A stretch of 55,407 bases of DNA from a virus (lineage: Duplodnaviria; Caudoviricetes): positions 1-55,407 of IMG/VR virus record IMGVR_UViG_3300049023_000185, one strand, 5' to 3'. Within the stretch, counting starts at the first letter, position 1. The number at the start of each line of letters is the position of its first letter. The notes beneath the pieces were generated by a model. It was not told the DNA's origin, made no database searches, and was given only the letters and a program-made list of their open reading frames with translations. The translations under genes were made by a program, and so were the position numbers. Shown one piece after another: positions 28,855 to 40,300 of this stretch.

Positions 28855-30324
28855 GTGAGCAAGTTAAATAAAGCACTAATCCTTGAAGAGCTGCAGAAGC
28901 GAGCCGCTAAACCAAAAGAAAAAATCTTTAAAGTTGAAGATTATTGTTTTGATAAGCAATTAGCATTTATTAGAAACCCTTCTAAGTTTAAAACTGCTGT
29001 TTGTAGCCGCCGAGCTGGAAAAACCGAAGCATGCGCAGCTGACCTCCTTGATACAGCCCTAAATTTCCCACATGTTACCTGCCTTTACATTACCTTATCA
29101 CGGACTTCGGCTGAAAGAATTATCTGGCGCACATTGCTGAAGCTGCTCGCAGACTTTGAAATCCCTCACAAAGTTAACAACAAAGAACTCTACATTAAAT
29201 TGCCGAATGGCTCAGACATTTATGTTTCTGGAGCTAAAGACAAGCAAGAAGTAGAAAAATTTCGAGGTATGAGTCTTAAACTTGTATACATCGACGAATG
29301 CCAATCATTCAAATCTTACATTAAAGAGCTAGTTGAAGACGTGTTGAGCTGGGCGACTAAAGATGTTGCTGGAACAATATGTTTAATTGGAACTCCAGGG
29401 CCAGTACCTGCAGGATACTTTTTCGAACAATCTCATAACCCAATGAACACCAATTTTAAATGGACTATCAATGATAATCCGTGGATTGAGCGCAAATCGG
29501 GAATGAAAGTCGCAGATATTTTAGCACATGAAAGAGCGCGTAAAGGAATCACAGAATCAGACCCAACATACATGCGTGAAGCACTAGGACTTTGGGTAAA
29601 GGATGAAAATGCACTGGTTTACCGCTTTGATAAACGCATTAATATTTACGATAGGCTGCCTGACCGCCTCAATTATATTTTTGGCATTGATATTGGTTTT
29701 GATGATGCAGATGCTATAGCAGTTTTAGGCTATAATCTAACTGACTCACATGTTTACTTAGTTCAAGAAGTTATTACTAGAAAACAAAATGTTACTAAGC
29801 TCATCGAGCAAATTCAAAAGCTTCAGGCCAAATATAAACCAATAAAAATGGTTATGGATGCCGGTGCTCTCGGCAAAAAAATCCAAGATGAAATTCGTAC
29901 ACGCCATAGCATACCAGTTGAGACAGCAGCAAAAGAACGAAAACTAGAGTTTATTGAATTGTTAAACGATGATTTACGTACAGGCCGGTTTTTAGCATTC
30001 AAAGGCAGCGAATTCGAAAATGATTCAGATAAAATAGTTTGGGACTTTGAAGGTAGTCAGAAAAAAGTGTCTGACCGCACCCATACTGATATCGGCGACG
30101 CTATCTTATACGCTTGGCGTGAGTGTAAGCACTTTTTCCCAAAAGATGAGCCCGCCCAAATCCCTGATAAAAATTCCAACGCATATATGGACGCTATTGA
30201 AGAGAAGCTAGCCGAAGCCAGCCGCAAATCAGAAGAGCCAGACGCAGATGCGTGGGGAGTCGATGACGATGATATGGCCGCCGTATTCGATATCTACGAC
30301 ACCAACGGCTTCGACGATTACTAA
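28855..30324 (+). CDS. terL: Terminase large subunit
   Basis: SRRAGKT; VYIDE; GTP; GIDIGFDD; DIGDA. Confidence 0.95.
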   Translation: MSKLNKALILEELQKRAAKPKEKIFKVEDYCFDKQLAFIRNPSKFKTAVCSRRAGKTEACAADLLDTALNFPHVTCLYITLSRTSAERIIWRTLLKLLADFEIPHKVNNKELYIKLPNGSDIYVSGAKDKQEVEKFRGMSLKLVYIDECQSFKSYIKELVEDVLSWATKDVAGTICLIGTPGPVPAGYFFEQSHNPMNTNFKWTINDNPWIERKSGMKVADILAHERARKGITESDPTYMREALGLWVKDENALVYRFDKRINIYDRLPDRLNYIFGIDIGFDDADAIAVLGYNLTDSHVYLVQEVITRKQNVTKLIEQIQKLQAKYKPIKMVMDAGALGKKIQDEIRTRHSIPVETAAKERKLEFIELLNDDLRTGRFLAFKGSEFENDSDKIVWDFEGSQKKVSDRTHTDIGDAILYAWRECKHFFPKDEPAQIPDKNSNAYMDAIEEKLAEASRKSEEPDADAWGVDDDDMAAVFDIYDTNGFDDY

Positions 30325-30359
30325 ACCCATATAATTCCAGCATATCTAAGGGAGCGACT

Positions 30360-30608
30360 ATGTATGTATTGAGCCTTGATGAAGTTAAAGAAATGATTAT
30401 TTTCTGTAAACAGCAAAAGGTTAAAAACCTGAAACTAGGCGAAATCAACATAGAAATGAGCGATTACAGCCATATTGAAAGTTTAAGCGAACAAGAAGCG
30501 ACTCCAAAAAAAGAAGAGACACAATCATCTAAAAATTTAGTGGACACAAACATCACTGAGCAAGCTGAAGACGATTCAGACATGCTTTTTTGGTCTGCAG
30601 GCACTTAG
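30360..30608 (+). CDS. Hypothetical late protein
   Basis: Between TerL and portal; RBS present. Confidence 0.75.
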   Translation: MYVLSLDEVKEMIIFCKQQKVKNLKLGEINIEMSDYSHIESLSEQEATPKKEETQSSKNLVDTNITEQAEDDSDMLFWSAGT

Positions 30609-30616
30609 GAGTTTAA

Positions 30617-32425
30617 ATGCAAAATAGCAGCTATTATTGGTACAAACAAAGTGACCCACACGAAGATGTTTTTGCCTTTTTGAAGCATTTAGAAAATGAA
30701 CAGTCCGGTACTAGTTCTGATAATTTGCGGAATATGAGGCTATATGGGAATTCGGATTACGCCAACTACGCTAATTTTAACGCTGCTAGAGTTGAACCAT
30801 CAGCTGCAGTTCAAAACCGAGTTACATTTAATGTTGTTCAATCAATGGTTGATACAGCCCACTCTAAAATCACTAAAAACAAACCACGCCCATACTTTTT
30901 AACTGACGGCGGGAATTGGTCACAAAAACGACGCGCCCAAAAGCTTACACAGTTCATGGACGGCGCTTTTTACACTACCGATTACTACCGAAAAGCTTCT
31001 CAAGCATTTAAAGACGCCTGCATATTTGGTACTGGCGTACTTAAAATTTTTAAAAATGATAATCAATTAATGGTTGAGCGCGTATTCATCGATGAAATTG
31101 TTATCGACAATAATGATGCTGTTTATGGTAAACCTCGCCAAATTCACCAGAAAAAGTTTATTAACCGCGAAGTGCTTATCAGCTTATTCCCAAAATCTAA
31201 GTTTGAAATTGAGCAAGCAGTCACCACGTTTAATGAAATTGGCCGAGACATCGAGCACAAATCTGACATGGCATTAGTCGTTGAAAGCTGGAAGTTACCT
31301 AGCAAAACCGGCGCAAAAGACGGTAAACACACTATTTGCGTTAACAATAAAACATTATTTCAAGAATCTTGGACCAAAAACTATTTTCCATTTGTATTTT
31401 TTAAGTGGAATGAGCGTCCGCTTGGCTTTTTTGGTCAAGGCATTGCCGAGCAGTTAACTGGCATTCAATTAGAAATGAATAAGATTTTGCGGACTATTCA
31501 AATATCTATGCATTTGGTTAGCGTACCTAAAATCTTCATTGAAGCATCTTCAAAAATTATTACAAGCCATCTAAATAATAAAATCGGTGGAATCGTTAAG
31601 TTTGCAGGCAGCCCTCCAATAGAAGGGAAGCTTGGGACAGTACCAGCTGAGTTATTCTCACACTTAGATAGATTGTATCAACGAGCATACAGCATTATTG
31701 GCATCAGCCAGTTAAGCGCACAAGCTCAAAAGCCTCAAGGCCTTAACTCGGGTAAAGCTCTACGCACATACAATGATATCGAAACCGAAAGATTCACATC
31801 TGTTGGCCGCATGTATGAAGACTGCGCGCTTGAAGCTTCAAAAATGTTTATCGATTCAATAAAAGAGATTGCAGCTGAAACTGGAAATTTCTCTGTTAAA
31901 TCCCCAGGCAGCCAATTTTTGTCAAAGATAAACTGGTCAGAAGTTGAAATGTCAGAAGACGATTACATCATGCAATGTTTCCCAGTATCGGCGTTAAGCA
32001 ATGACCCGGCATCTCGAATGCAAGAAGTGCAAGAGCTAGTGCAGTCAGGCTTTATGGACAAAACTTCAGCTATGAAACTGTTAGATTATCCGGATTTAAG
32101 AGCATACTACGACATGGCAAATGCTTCAGTTAACGAAATCGAACGTCAAATTGAATTGATAATTGATAAGCAAGAGTATTCTAGCCCTGAGCCATATCAA
32201 AATCTTACTTATGGTATTGTGGCATTCCAAAATGCTTACCTAATGTATAAATCGCAAGGCGCACCAGAAGAAGTTTTAGATTTATTTAGACGCTGGATTG
32301 AAGCGGCAAATGATTTGATAAAGCTTGCAACTGCGCCAGCAGTTGACCCTTTAGCAGCTCAGCCCACAGCAGTTCCTCAAGCTCCGCCACAGTCTGAACT
32401 TCTGCCAAACGTACCAGCCGCATAG
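30617..32425 (+). CDS. Portal protein (P22/podovirus-like)
   Basis: 602 aa after TerL; DACIFGTGVLK; FPFV; FGQGIAE; SGKAL. Confidence 0.88.
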   Translation: MQNSSYYWYKQSDPHEDVFAFLKHLENEQSGTSSDNLRNMRLYGNSDYANYANFNAARVEPSAAVQNRVTFNVVQSMVDTAHSKITKNKPRPYFLTDGGNWSQKRRAQKLTQFMDGAFYTTDYYRKASQAFKDACIFGTGVLKIFKNDNQLMVERVFIDEIVIDNNDAVYGKPRQIHQKKFINREVLISLFPKSKFEIEQAVTTFNEIGRDIEHKSDMALVVESWKLPSKTGAKDGKHTICVNNKTLFQESWTKNYFPFVFFKWNERPLGFFGQGIAEQLTGIQLEMNKILRTIQISMHLVSVPKIFIEASSKIITSHLNNKIGGIVKFAGSPPIEGKLGTVPAELFSHLDRLYQRAYSIIGISQLSAQAQKPQGLNSGKALRTYNDIETERFTSVGRMYEDCALEASKMFIDSIKEIAAETGNFSVKSPGSQFLSKINWSEVEMSEDDYIMQCFPVSALSNDPASRMQEVQELVQSGFMDKTSAMKLLDYPDLRAYYDMANASVNEIERQIELIIDKQEYSSPEPYQNLTYGIVAFQNAYLMYKSQGAPEEVLDLFRRWIEAANDLIKLATAPAVDPLAAQPTAVPQAPPQSELLPNVPAA

Positions 32426-32494
32426 CCATATAAACATACCACGTGATTGGACGCCGTTGCGGCGTTCTTAACAAGCAAGAATCACGGAGTAAAT

Positions 32495-33412
32495 ATGTCA
32501 GTAGAAGGTATTTCAGGCGGCGAATCAGCAGCCCAGGAAGCAGTAGCACAGGCCCCCCAAGCAGAAGTTTCAGGTGAACAAACTCAAGAAGTTCAAACAC
32601 CTCCAGCACCCCAAGAGCCGCAAAACAAATTCGACGATAAAGTAGCTGCAAAATTCGCAGCATTAAGTCGTAAGGAAAAGGCGATTAAGGCTCAGGAACA
32701 AGCTCTTAAGCAGCGTGAAACCGAGCTAATGAACCGGCTGAAAGAGAAAGAAGCCGAAGCTGAAAAATACCGTACTGAACATGAAAATTATCGCAACAGT
32801 ATAAAAGCATCACCGTTGCAAAAGCTACAAGAAGATTACGGGCTTACTTTTGAAGACCTAACTAAAATGGAGCTTAACGACAGAAATCCGACTCCTGAAA
32901 TGTTGATTAAAAAATCACAAACAGAAGTTGAATCGAAGTTAACTGCAAAAATTGAAGCGCTAGAAAAGGCATTGGCCGAAAAAGAAGAAAAAGCGCTGCA
33001 AGAGCAGGAAGACAGAACTGTAAAAACCTATAAGAAGCAAATCGCGGACATGGTTACTACAGACACTGATAGATACGAACTTATAAATGTTAATTATGAC
33101 GCTCAAAGTGCCGCAGACGAAATCTACGAAATCATTGAGCTGAAATACAAAGAATCAGAAGGCGAAGTTATTTTAAGTACAGATGAAGCTGCAGACTACT
33201 TAGAAAACTACCTTTTGAATTTAGCGAAAAAGAATTTAAACGCGAAAAAACTTGCAGCTCAGTCGGCCCCAAAGCCGCAACCAACAAGCGAAAAACAGGA
33301 GAGTGTCACACTTTCCAACACGTTGTCTGCCGAAGTTCCCAAAGGCAGCTCCAAAGTACTTTCCAGGGATGAAGAAATCGAGTTGGCCTCCAAGCTCCTA
33401 CGGTGGGAGTAG
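32495..33412 (+). CDS. Scaffolding protein
   Basis: Acidic coiled coil between portal and MCP. Confidence 0.8.
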   Translation: MSVEGISGGESAAQEAVAQAPQAEVSGEQTQEVQTPPAPQEPQNKFDDKVAAKFAALSRKEKAIKAQEQALKQRETELMNRLKEKEAEAEKYRTEHENYRNSIKASPLQKLQEDYGLTFEDLTKMELNDRNPTPEMLIKKSQTEVESKLTAKIEALEKALAEKEEKALQEQEDRTVKTYKKQIADMVTTDTDRYELINVNYDAQSAADEIYEIIELKYKESEGEVILSTDEAADYLENYLLNLAKKNLNAKKLAAQSAPKPQPTSEKQESVTLSNTLSAEVPKGSSKVLSRDEEIELASKLLRWE

Positions 33413-33450
33413 CCGAGCCGCTCACACACCCAATATAAAAGGAAAATACA

Positions 33451-34638
33451 ATGGCATCATTAAATATGACGTCTTTCGCTTCTGGTTTAAAACAACTTTA
33501 TACACCAGAAAAAGTTCAAAACATGGTTTACCAAGACAACCCTCTTTACGCTTTATTGCCTAAAAATGAGAAGTTCAATGGTAAGAACATGGTTATCCCA
33601 GTTATCTACGGAAACCCACAAGGTGCTTCTGGAGATTTCGCAACTGCAAAAGCAAACAAAACTGCTTCTCGCATCAAAGATTTCACAATCACACGTAATA
33701 AAGAATATGCTTTAGCGTCTGTTGATAATGAAACAATGATGGCTTCTGAAGGCAATTCTGGCGCTTTCATGGAAGCTTTCACACTTGAAATGGATGGAGC
33801 AATCCACACTGTTGCACGTGCATTAGCTATCGCAGTTTACGGTTCTGGTACTGGTAAAATCGGACAAATCGCTGCTGGCGGTATCTCAAGTTTAGTAATC
33901 ACTCTTTCACAAGTTGAAGACATCACTAACTTTGAAGTTGACCAAAAACTTAACTTTTCTACTGCTGATGGTGGTGGTTCTGTTAAAGCTACTGAGCCAA
34001 CAATCACAAACATCGACCGTGATGCTGGAACTATCACAGTTTCTGATGCTACTGGTTTAGCTGCTCTTGATTACATCTTTAGAGATGGTGACTACGATAA
34101 TAAGCTTAAAGGCTTACAAGCTTGGCTACCTACAACTGTAACTTCTACTCCGTTTTTCGGAATGGACCGTTCAGTTGATAAAACTCGACTTGGTGGAATC
34201 CAGATTACTGGCTCTAACAAGCCAATCGAAGAAGCTTTAATTGAAGCTGCTTCTAGAATTGCTCGTGAAGGTGGAAAGCCAACTCACGTATTTATGTCTT
34301 ATGCTAAGTACGCTGATTTGGAGAAATCTTTAGGTTCAAAGGTTCAGTATGTCGATTTAAAAGTTAGCGCTGAAATCGGCTTTAGAGGTATTTTGTTAAA
34401 TGGTCCTCGTGGAATGATGAAAGTTATCCCAGACCAAAACTGTCCTTCTAATAAAGCTTTCATGCTTCAGTTAGACACTTGGAAATTGTACAGCTTAGGT
34501 AAGGCTCCTCAAATCCTTAACCTTGATAGCTTACAATCTTTAAGAGAAGACCAAGCTGACGCTGTTGAATTACGAGTTGGTGCTTATGCACAGTTAGCTT
34601 GTAATGCTCCAGGCTGGAATGGCGTAATCAACTTTTAA
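33451..34638 (+). CDS. Major capsid protein
   Basis: 395 aa after scaffold; strong codon bias; strong RBS; followed by a terminator. Confidence 0.9.
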   Translation: MASLNMTSFASGLKQLYTPEKVQNMVYQDNPLYALLPKNEKFNGKNMVIPVIYGNPQGASGDFATAKANKTASRIKDFTITRNKEYALASVDNETMMASEGNSGAFMEAFTLEMDGAIHTVARALAIAVYGSGTGKIGQIAAGGISSLVITLSQVEDITNFEVDQKLNFSTADGGGSVKATEPTITNIDRDAGTITVSDATGLAALDYIFRDGDYDNKLKGLQAWLPTTVTSTPFFGMDRSVDKTRLGGIQITGSNKPIEEALIEAASRIAREGGKPTHVFMSYAKYADLEKSLGSKVQYVDLKVSAEIGFRGILLNGPRGMMKVIPDQNCPSNKAFMLQLDTWKLYSLGKAPQILNLDSLQSLREDQADAVELRVGAYAQLACNAPGWNGVINF

Positions 34639-34661
34639 TAGTTGAAATTATAATGTTCTCT

Positions 34662-34695
34662 AGGGCTCAGTAGCGATACTGGGCCTTTTTTGTTT
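34662..34695 (+). terminator. Intrinsic terminator after MCP
   Basis: AGGGCTCAGTA-GCGA-TACTGGGCCTT-TTTTGTTT. Confidence 0.88.
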
Positions 34696-34739
34696 CAAAA
34701 TAGGACTTTAGGTCGAATATATTGCTTCCGATTAAGTAT

Positions 34740-34779
34740 TTGACAAACATTCCAAAATAGAATATTCTAAAATGGAATG
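34740..34779 (+). promoter_or_regulatory. higBA promoter and operator
   Basis: TTGACA-N17-TATTCT overlapped by the palindrome CATTCCA-AAA-TAGAATATTCTA-AAA-TGGAATG. Confidence 0.8.
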
Positions 34780-35073
34780 GATGTATTAAATATTGAAGCG
34801 CTGGAAAAATTTAAAAAGAAACATAATCAGGCAAGAAAGCCGCTGGATATATTTGAGTCACTTCTAAAGAACGGACAGTTTAGTAGTTACAATGATTTAA
34901 AGAAAACATTTGGAAGTGCAGACTTAGCTAGGAAATGTACGATTTTTGATATTTCAGGAAATAAGTATAGAGTGATTGCTAAAATTAATTATGAACTAGA
35001 AATTGTTACTATAAAATACATATTTACTCACGCCGAGTATGATAAATGGAGTGCAAAAAATGAGTGCTGCTAA
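34777..35073 (+). CDS. higB: HigB (RelE-family) toxin
   Basis: LKKTFGSAD...IFDISGNKYRVIAKINY...IFTHAEYDKW. Confidence 0.93.
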   Translation: MDVLNIEALEKFKKKHNQARKPLDIFESLLKNGQFSSYNDLKKTFGSADLARKCTIFDISGNKYRVIAKINYELEIVTIKYIFTHAEYDKWSAKNECC

Positions 35074-35488
35074 CAAACTTACATATTACACAAAATTAGT
35101 TAATGTTTATCCTTTGCTACCTATTAAGACTGAGACCCAACACACCAGTTGTATTACCATGCTTGAAAAGCTTATGGATGATTTTGAAGAATGTCACAAC
35201 AAGGAAGAAAAGTCGCAAGTTAAAGACTATATTACTTCTTTGAAAATTTTAATCAAAGACTACGAGAGTAAGATTAAAAGGCATCCAGCAGATTTTAAAG
35301 CTGTTGATGTTTTAAAATTCCTTATGGAGCAGAATAATCTTACACAAGAAGACTTTGAGAACGAGCTAGGAACACAGTCCACAGTCAGCAAGATTTTAAA
35401 TGGTAATCAAGACCTAAAAGTCGTGCACGTGGAAAGGCTAGCCAAACGCTTTAAAGTTTATTTGGCCGCTTTTTTCTCATCAATATAA
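35060..35488 (+). CDS. higA: HigA antitoxin
   Basis: LIKDYE...VLKFLMEQNNLTQEDF...GTQSTVSKILNG...LAKRFKV. Confidence 0.93.
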   Translation: MSAANKLTYYTKLVNVYPLLPIKTETQHTSCITMLEKLMDDFEECHNKEEKSQVKDYITSLKILIKDYESKIKRHPADFKAVDVLKFLMEQNNLTQEDFENELGTQSTVSKILNGNQDLKVVHVERLAKRFKVYLAAFFSSI

Positions 35489-35522
35489 ATTCTAACTAAT
35501 ACTATTATATACTAAAATATAT

Positions 35523-35553
35523 GGCCCTGGCTGCGAAGCAGGGGCTTTTTTTT
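35523..35553 (+). terminator. Intrinsic terminator after higA
   Basis: GGCCCTGGCTGCGAAGCAGGGGCTTTTTTTT. Confidence 0.85.
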
Positions 35554-35643
35554 GCCAATTTAGCCAACTGCCTCAAACCCGTATAAACCCACCACATTCC
35601 TATAGCTGCCCGCAATCACGCGGCCAGATTAAAAGGAAAAATT

Positions 35644-36015
35644 ATGGCAAATCGTTCATTCAACAGACTTCAAGCTTTAGATAAAGAAGTTAAACAAATT
35701 TATGCTCGTGTAACTATTGGAGCATCTGGTGCTCCAACGCTAGTAGCAGCTGACTCAGTTGGTGTAGCATCTATTTCAAGAGTTTCTGCTGGATTATACA
35801 CAATCACTCTTCAAGATACTTACAACAAACTAGTTTATGGAAACTGCGAAGTGCGCACTCCATCTGCTGAAGACATTAAAGCAAACTTAGTAACTGAAAG
35901 CGTATCTTCTGCGAAAACTGTGCAGTTTAGATGTGTTGCTGTTGCTACGGCTACAGACCCCGCTTCAGGCGATAGCTTGTACGTAGTTCTACACCTTAAA
36001 AATTCAAGCGTTTAG
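35644..36015 (+). CDS. Probable capsid decoration or minor structural protein
   Basis: Highly biased codons; beta-rich; own late promoter; follows MCP. Confidence 0.6.
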   Translation: MANRSFNRLQALDKEVKQIYARVTIGASGAPTLVAADSVGVASISRVSAGLYTITLQDTYNKLVYGNCEVRTPSAEDIKANLVTESVSSAKTVQFRCVAVATATDPASGDSLYVVLHLKNSSV

Positions 36016-36079
36016 TACCTTTTTGGGCTGAGAAATCGGCCCTTAATTAACATTCAAAAACATTAAAAAAGGACAAACA

Positions 36080-36319
36080 ATGTTGTTATCAGATGATAAG
36101 AAAAAACTCGCATCAGTAATTGTCAGTGGGATGAATAAGCCAGAAAAAGTCGAAGAAGCTCCAATTGAAAATGGTGCTGAACAAGATGATTCAATAGCTA
36201 AGGATACTGCAGCTGAAGAATTGTTAAGTGCGATTGAGCAAAAAAGCCCGAAGGCAATTGTTGCTGCGATAGAAAGTTTAATAGAGCTTTGTCAGTATTC
36301 AGAGCCTGAACAGGAGTAA
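36080..36319 (+). CDS. Hypothetical late protein
   Basis: RBS AAGGA. Confidence 0.75.
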   Translation: MLLSDDKKKLASVIVSGMNKPEKVEEAPIENGAEQDDSIAKDTAAEELLSAIEQKSPKAIVAAIESLIELCQYSEPEQE

Positions 36320-36322
36320 GCC

Positions 36323-36997
36323 GTGAGCATTACTCTAGCGCAACTTAAAACTGCTGTCAGGCACCGCGCTGATATGACCAACTCTAATTTTGTTTCAGAT
36401 GCTGAACTTGTTGATTACATCAATGGTTCTATCGCTGAATTACACGATTTACTAATTGGCAGTGATACAGATTATTACTTGCTTACAGACACGTTTAACA
36501 CTGTAAGTGGCACCGAAACATATGCTTTGCCAGCGGCTTTTTATAAGTTGAGAGGCGTTGACGTGCGTTCAGGTAGCGGCGAATGGGCGTCTTTGCGACC
36601 TTTCAATTTTAACGAGCGAAATGCTAGCAATGATTTATCAAATTATTCTATTTCGGGAAGCTACTTCCGTTATCGCGTTGCTGGCGACAATCTAATGTTC
36701 AATCCGCCGCCACAAGGCATTTACAATGTTAAAGTTTGGTACACTCCTGTTGCCACTAAGCTTTCTTCTGATGCTGACGTTTTGAAAGATGTTAATCAAT
36801 TTTCAGAATACGTAATTGTTGATGCTGCTATCAAATGTCTTAACAAAGAAGAAGCAGACGTTTCAGTTTTATTGGCGACAAAAGCCGATTTGCGAAAACG
36901 CATTGAAAACATGTCAGCTAATAGAGACGCCGGCCAACCCGAATCAATATCAGATATTTATGCAGAAAACTTAGATTACTTTTACTTTACCGATTAA
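36323..36997 (+). CDS. Head-tail adaptor
   Basis: TLAQLKTAVRHRAD...SDAELVDYIN...YALPAAFYKL. Confidence 0.75.
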   Translation: MSITLAQLKTAVRHRADMTNSNFVSDAELVDYINGSIAELHDLLIGSDTDYYLLTDTFNTVSGTETYALPAAFYKLRGVDVRSGSGEWASLRPFNFNERNASNDLSNYSISGSYFRYRVAGDNLMFNPPPQGIYNVKVWYTPVATKLSSDADVLKDVNQFSEYVIVDAAIKCLNKEEADVSVLLATKADLRKRIENMSANRDAGQPESISDIYAENLDYFYFTD

Positions 36998-37012
36998 TAA
37001 AGGCTACTAAAC

Positions 37013-37336
37013 ATGTCAGGATTTAAAAAGTTTTACGTTTCTGAGCAAGACACTGGCAATTCTGTAGCCATGCAGCGAACTATAAATACTCTGCAGCAAA
37101 ACGTTGGCCAGGCTCTGAACGAAATGAGCAAGGTCTCGATATTAAATAACATTATATACAACGATGTAGTTATTAATACGACTCTGTCGTTTGAACATAA
37201 GTTAAATCGCAAGCCCAATGGCTACTTAATAATTCAAAAAAATGCAAACGCCCAAATCTGGAATTCTACGATTGATGCTAATCGAATCGAGCTTTTTAGC
37301 AGCGCAGCAGTAACAGTATCAATATTGGTGTTTTAA
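37013..37336 (+). CDS. Small tail protein
   Basis: FEHKLNRKPNGY (H.LGR.P-type motif). Confidence 0.65.
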   Translation: MSGFKKFYVSEQDTGNSVAMQRTINTLQQNVGQALNEMSKVSILNNIIYNDVVINTTLSFEHKLNRKPNGYLIIQKNANAQIWNSTIDANRIELFSSAAVTVSILVF

Positions 37337-37337
37337 T

Positions 37338-40300
37338 ATGGCATTACAAAAACAAAAAATTCCAGTAGCTCTAAATACGCCACTAGATACTAAGTCCGAT
37401 GAGTTTTTAACACCGGGTTTTGCTAGCTTGCAAAATGTTCGGCATAAAAAGACGGGTGGTATTGTAAAACGCAACGGCTATACAAAGCTGACAAACGTGC
37501 TCGCGAACACCTCGCCAAACCCAACATTCACAGAGCTGTTATCTGGTTCACTAGCCCTAAAATCATACAAAGATGAGTTGGTGCTTTTATCTGATGAAAG
37601 TATATTTTCTTATTCAAGTCATAATGGCGCTTCAACGGCTAACTCTTGGTTATCACGGGATTACGTTAACAAACGTACAACTTCAGGCTCGCCTGTTGTC
37701 CGAAAAGATTCAAGCGCTCTTACTGCGACTGTAAAAGAGTCTACGGCCATTAGCACGATTGCAAATTACTTTGACCCTCATTACTTAGAAACTACCGACT
37801 ACAGAATTGTAAGTGCCGACGACAATACTACAATGACTGTTTCAATTTCCGATATAAATACCGGCGCTTTAATCGTTGAACGCCAGTTTCCAATTGCAAA
37901 GTCAAATATTGCCACAGACTCAACGTACTTGTATGTCATGGGCCGGCAGCTTATCACGCAAGATTTTATTTATTATCCAATACCATTAACAAATTTAAAT
38001 GCTTCAATCAGTGCGGTAACAATTCCATCACTTGATTTTACTGCTAATAATATTACGGCTTATGATGCTGTTAGCGATGCATCGCAAGTTTTTGTGGCGG
38101 TTGCTAGTCAATCAGCTTCTCAATATTCTGCAGCTGTCTATACGCTAGCAAACACAACAGTAACAAACACGTCTACAACTTCACTAGGAGCTGACTACAC
38201 TACAGTTGGCCCGTTAGAATTTCGTTTAGTAAAATTTCAAAGTTCTTACGTGTTAGCATATGCAAATAAGCATGGTGGCTCAGTAACGACTAGATTTATT
38301 AAATATAATTCTGCTGGCGTAGTAACTGCAGGTCCAACATCAATTGGCGAAGTTGGCAGCTACAATGCAATCGGTGCGGATGCCAACAATGTTTATTTAG
38401 TGTATAATTTCAATAGTGCCAGCACAAAAATGGCAACTATTGATGCTAGTAACGTCGTAACACTAAGCACGTTTTCTGATTTTCCACTTTTTCCGCAAAC
38501 CAATCTTTTAATTAATGATGACAGGCTTTTTGTAGGTGTCCGCGCAAGGTATACAAACACTGGTCATAATGTAATGATGCAGAAAAATCTTCTAAAGACT
38601 ACGAATGCAGCACTGTTTGGTAAGGCACAGGACTTTGTTTATAAGCCCATAGCAATAGACGGTTCAATAATTAATTCCGCCATGACCGGCTTTCCAAGGT
38701 TAGCGTTTAGCTCCAACACATTAACCACCGTTGGAATGGAAGTAAAAGAAGTTGTTGCGGACGCTTTTGTTACTGACCCAGCTGGCATCGGGCGAAAAAC
38801 AGTAACTTTAATTTCATATGTTTTTGATGCGAGCTATGAAAGCATTAGTTTAAATGCAGGAATGCTCGTAGCAGGCGCTATAACAAAATTCTACGACGGC
38901 GCTTCATACACTGAATTGGGTTTTTTACAAACTCCTCGCATTGGAACGTTCACTGAAGGCATTGCTGGTTTATACTTTCCAGTCGGCACATATGGTATGG
39001 CCGCCGTATTTTCTTGGACAGACTCTCTCGGCAACATACACAGAAGCGCTCCAGAATTTAAATCACTTGTTGTAACTACTAGCTCGGACACTTTAAATTT
39101 TGCCTTGTACAATTTACTGCAATTAACTGAAAAAGAAAATGTTATCATAGAGTACTATTTAACTGAAACCAACGGAAGCATTTATTATAGAGCTAATTTA
39201 TCTGCGGCCACCGGTATAGGAACATTTATTTTGCCGGCAGATACGTCCGCGGAAGTTTTATACACGCAATCAGGCGAACTTGAAAACGACCCGCCAATTG
39301 CCAGCCTAGGAATTACTTACTTTAAAAACAGAGTATTCAGCATAAACAAAAACAGCTTAGAATATTCGAAGCCAGTGGAAGCGAATTACCCTGTAGAATT
39401 TAATGCTAATCAACGGATTAATTTGGAAATTACGGGCGGTGACGCTACCGGCGTTCGCGCTATGGACTCTAATCTTGTCATCTTTAAGAAAAATGCGATT
39501 TTCATATTGAATGGTGAAGGGCCGAATGCTTTAGGCCAACAAAATGATTACGGCAATCCACAGTTGATAACATCTGACACCGGCTGCGAAGATACTAACA
39601 GTATTGTGGCTTATCCAAACGGACTATTATTCAAATCAAAAAAAGGTATATACGAGATTAATCGGGGACTAGCTGTACAGTACATTGGCGCGCAAGTAGC
39701 CGAGTTTAATCAGTATGAGGTTGTAAGCTCGCAATTACTCCCAGAAGTAAACGAAGTACGGTTTGTGTTAAGCAACGGAAGCATTCTTGTGTATGACTAT
39801 CAAGAGCGACAATGGGCAGTAGACACAATTTCAAACGCGATTTCAGGTGTTTCCCATAACAATGTTTATTATTACGTGAACAGTTCTAATATTGTATTAG
39901 GTGAAAATTCGCTATTCTTTGATAATTATGCTAGCGGTGATGCGCTTGTACCGTACTCTTCAAAACTTGAAACAAACTGGATACAAGTTGTGGCTACTAA
40001 TAATGGCGCGAGCTTGTCAGCAGGCGTTCAGCAATGGCAGCGGTTATATAAAATTCACTTACTCGGCAGATACAAATCCGCACACACGTTAAAAGTTTCA
40101 CTTGCCTATAATTATAATGATACGGTTGTGGATTTTGCAACGATAAGCCCGTCTGGCAGCGGACTTTATCAATTTGTTGTCAACCCAAGCATTCAAAAGT
40201 GTGAAGCAATAAAAATCATAATTGAAGATACGAATACCAGCCTTACAAACGGTGAAAGCATGGAATTGTCGAGCATGTTACTTGAAGTTGGTCTTAAAGG

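Noticed and set aside
33430-33450. TATAA before MCP as another late-promoter copy
   Set aside because: Lacks the CAC at N6 and overlaps the RBS; MCP is more likely transcribed from 32426
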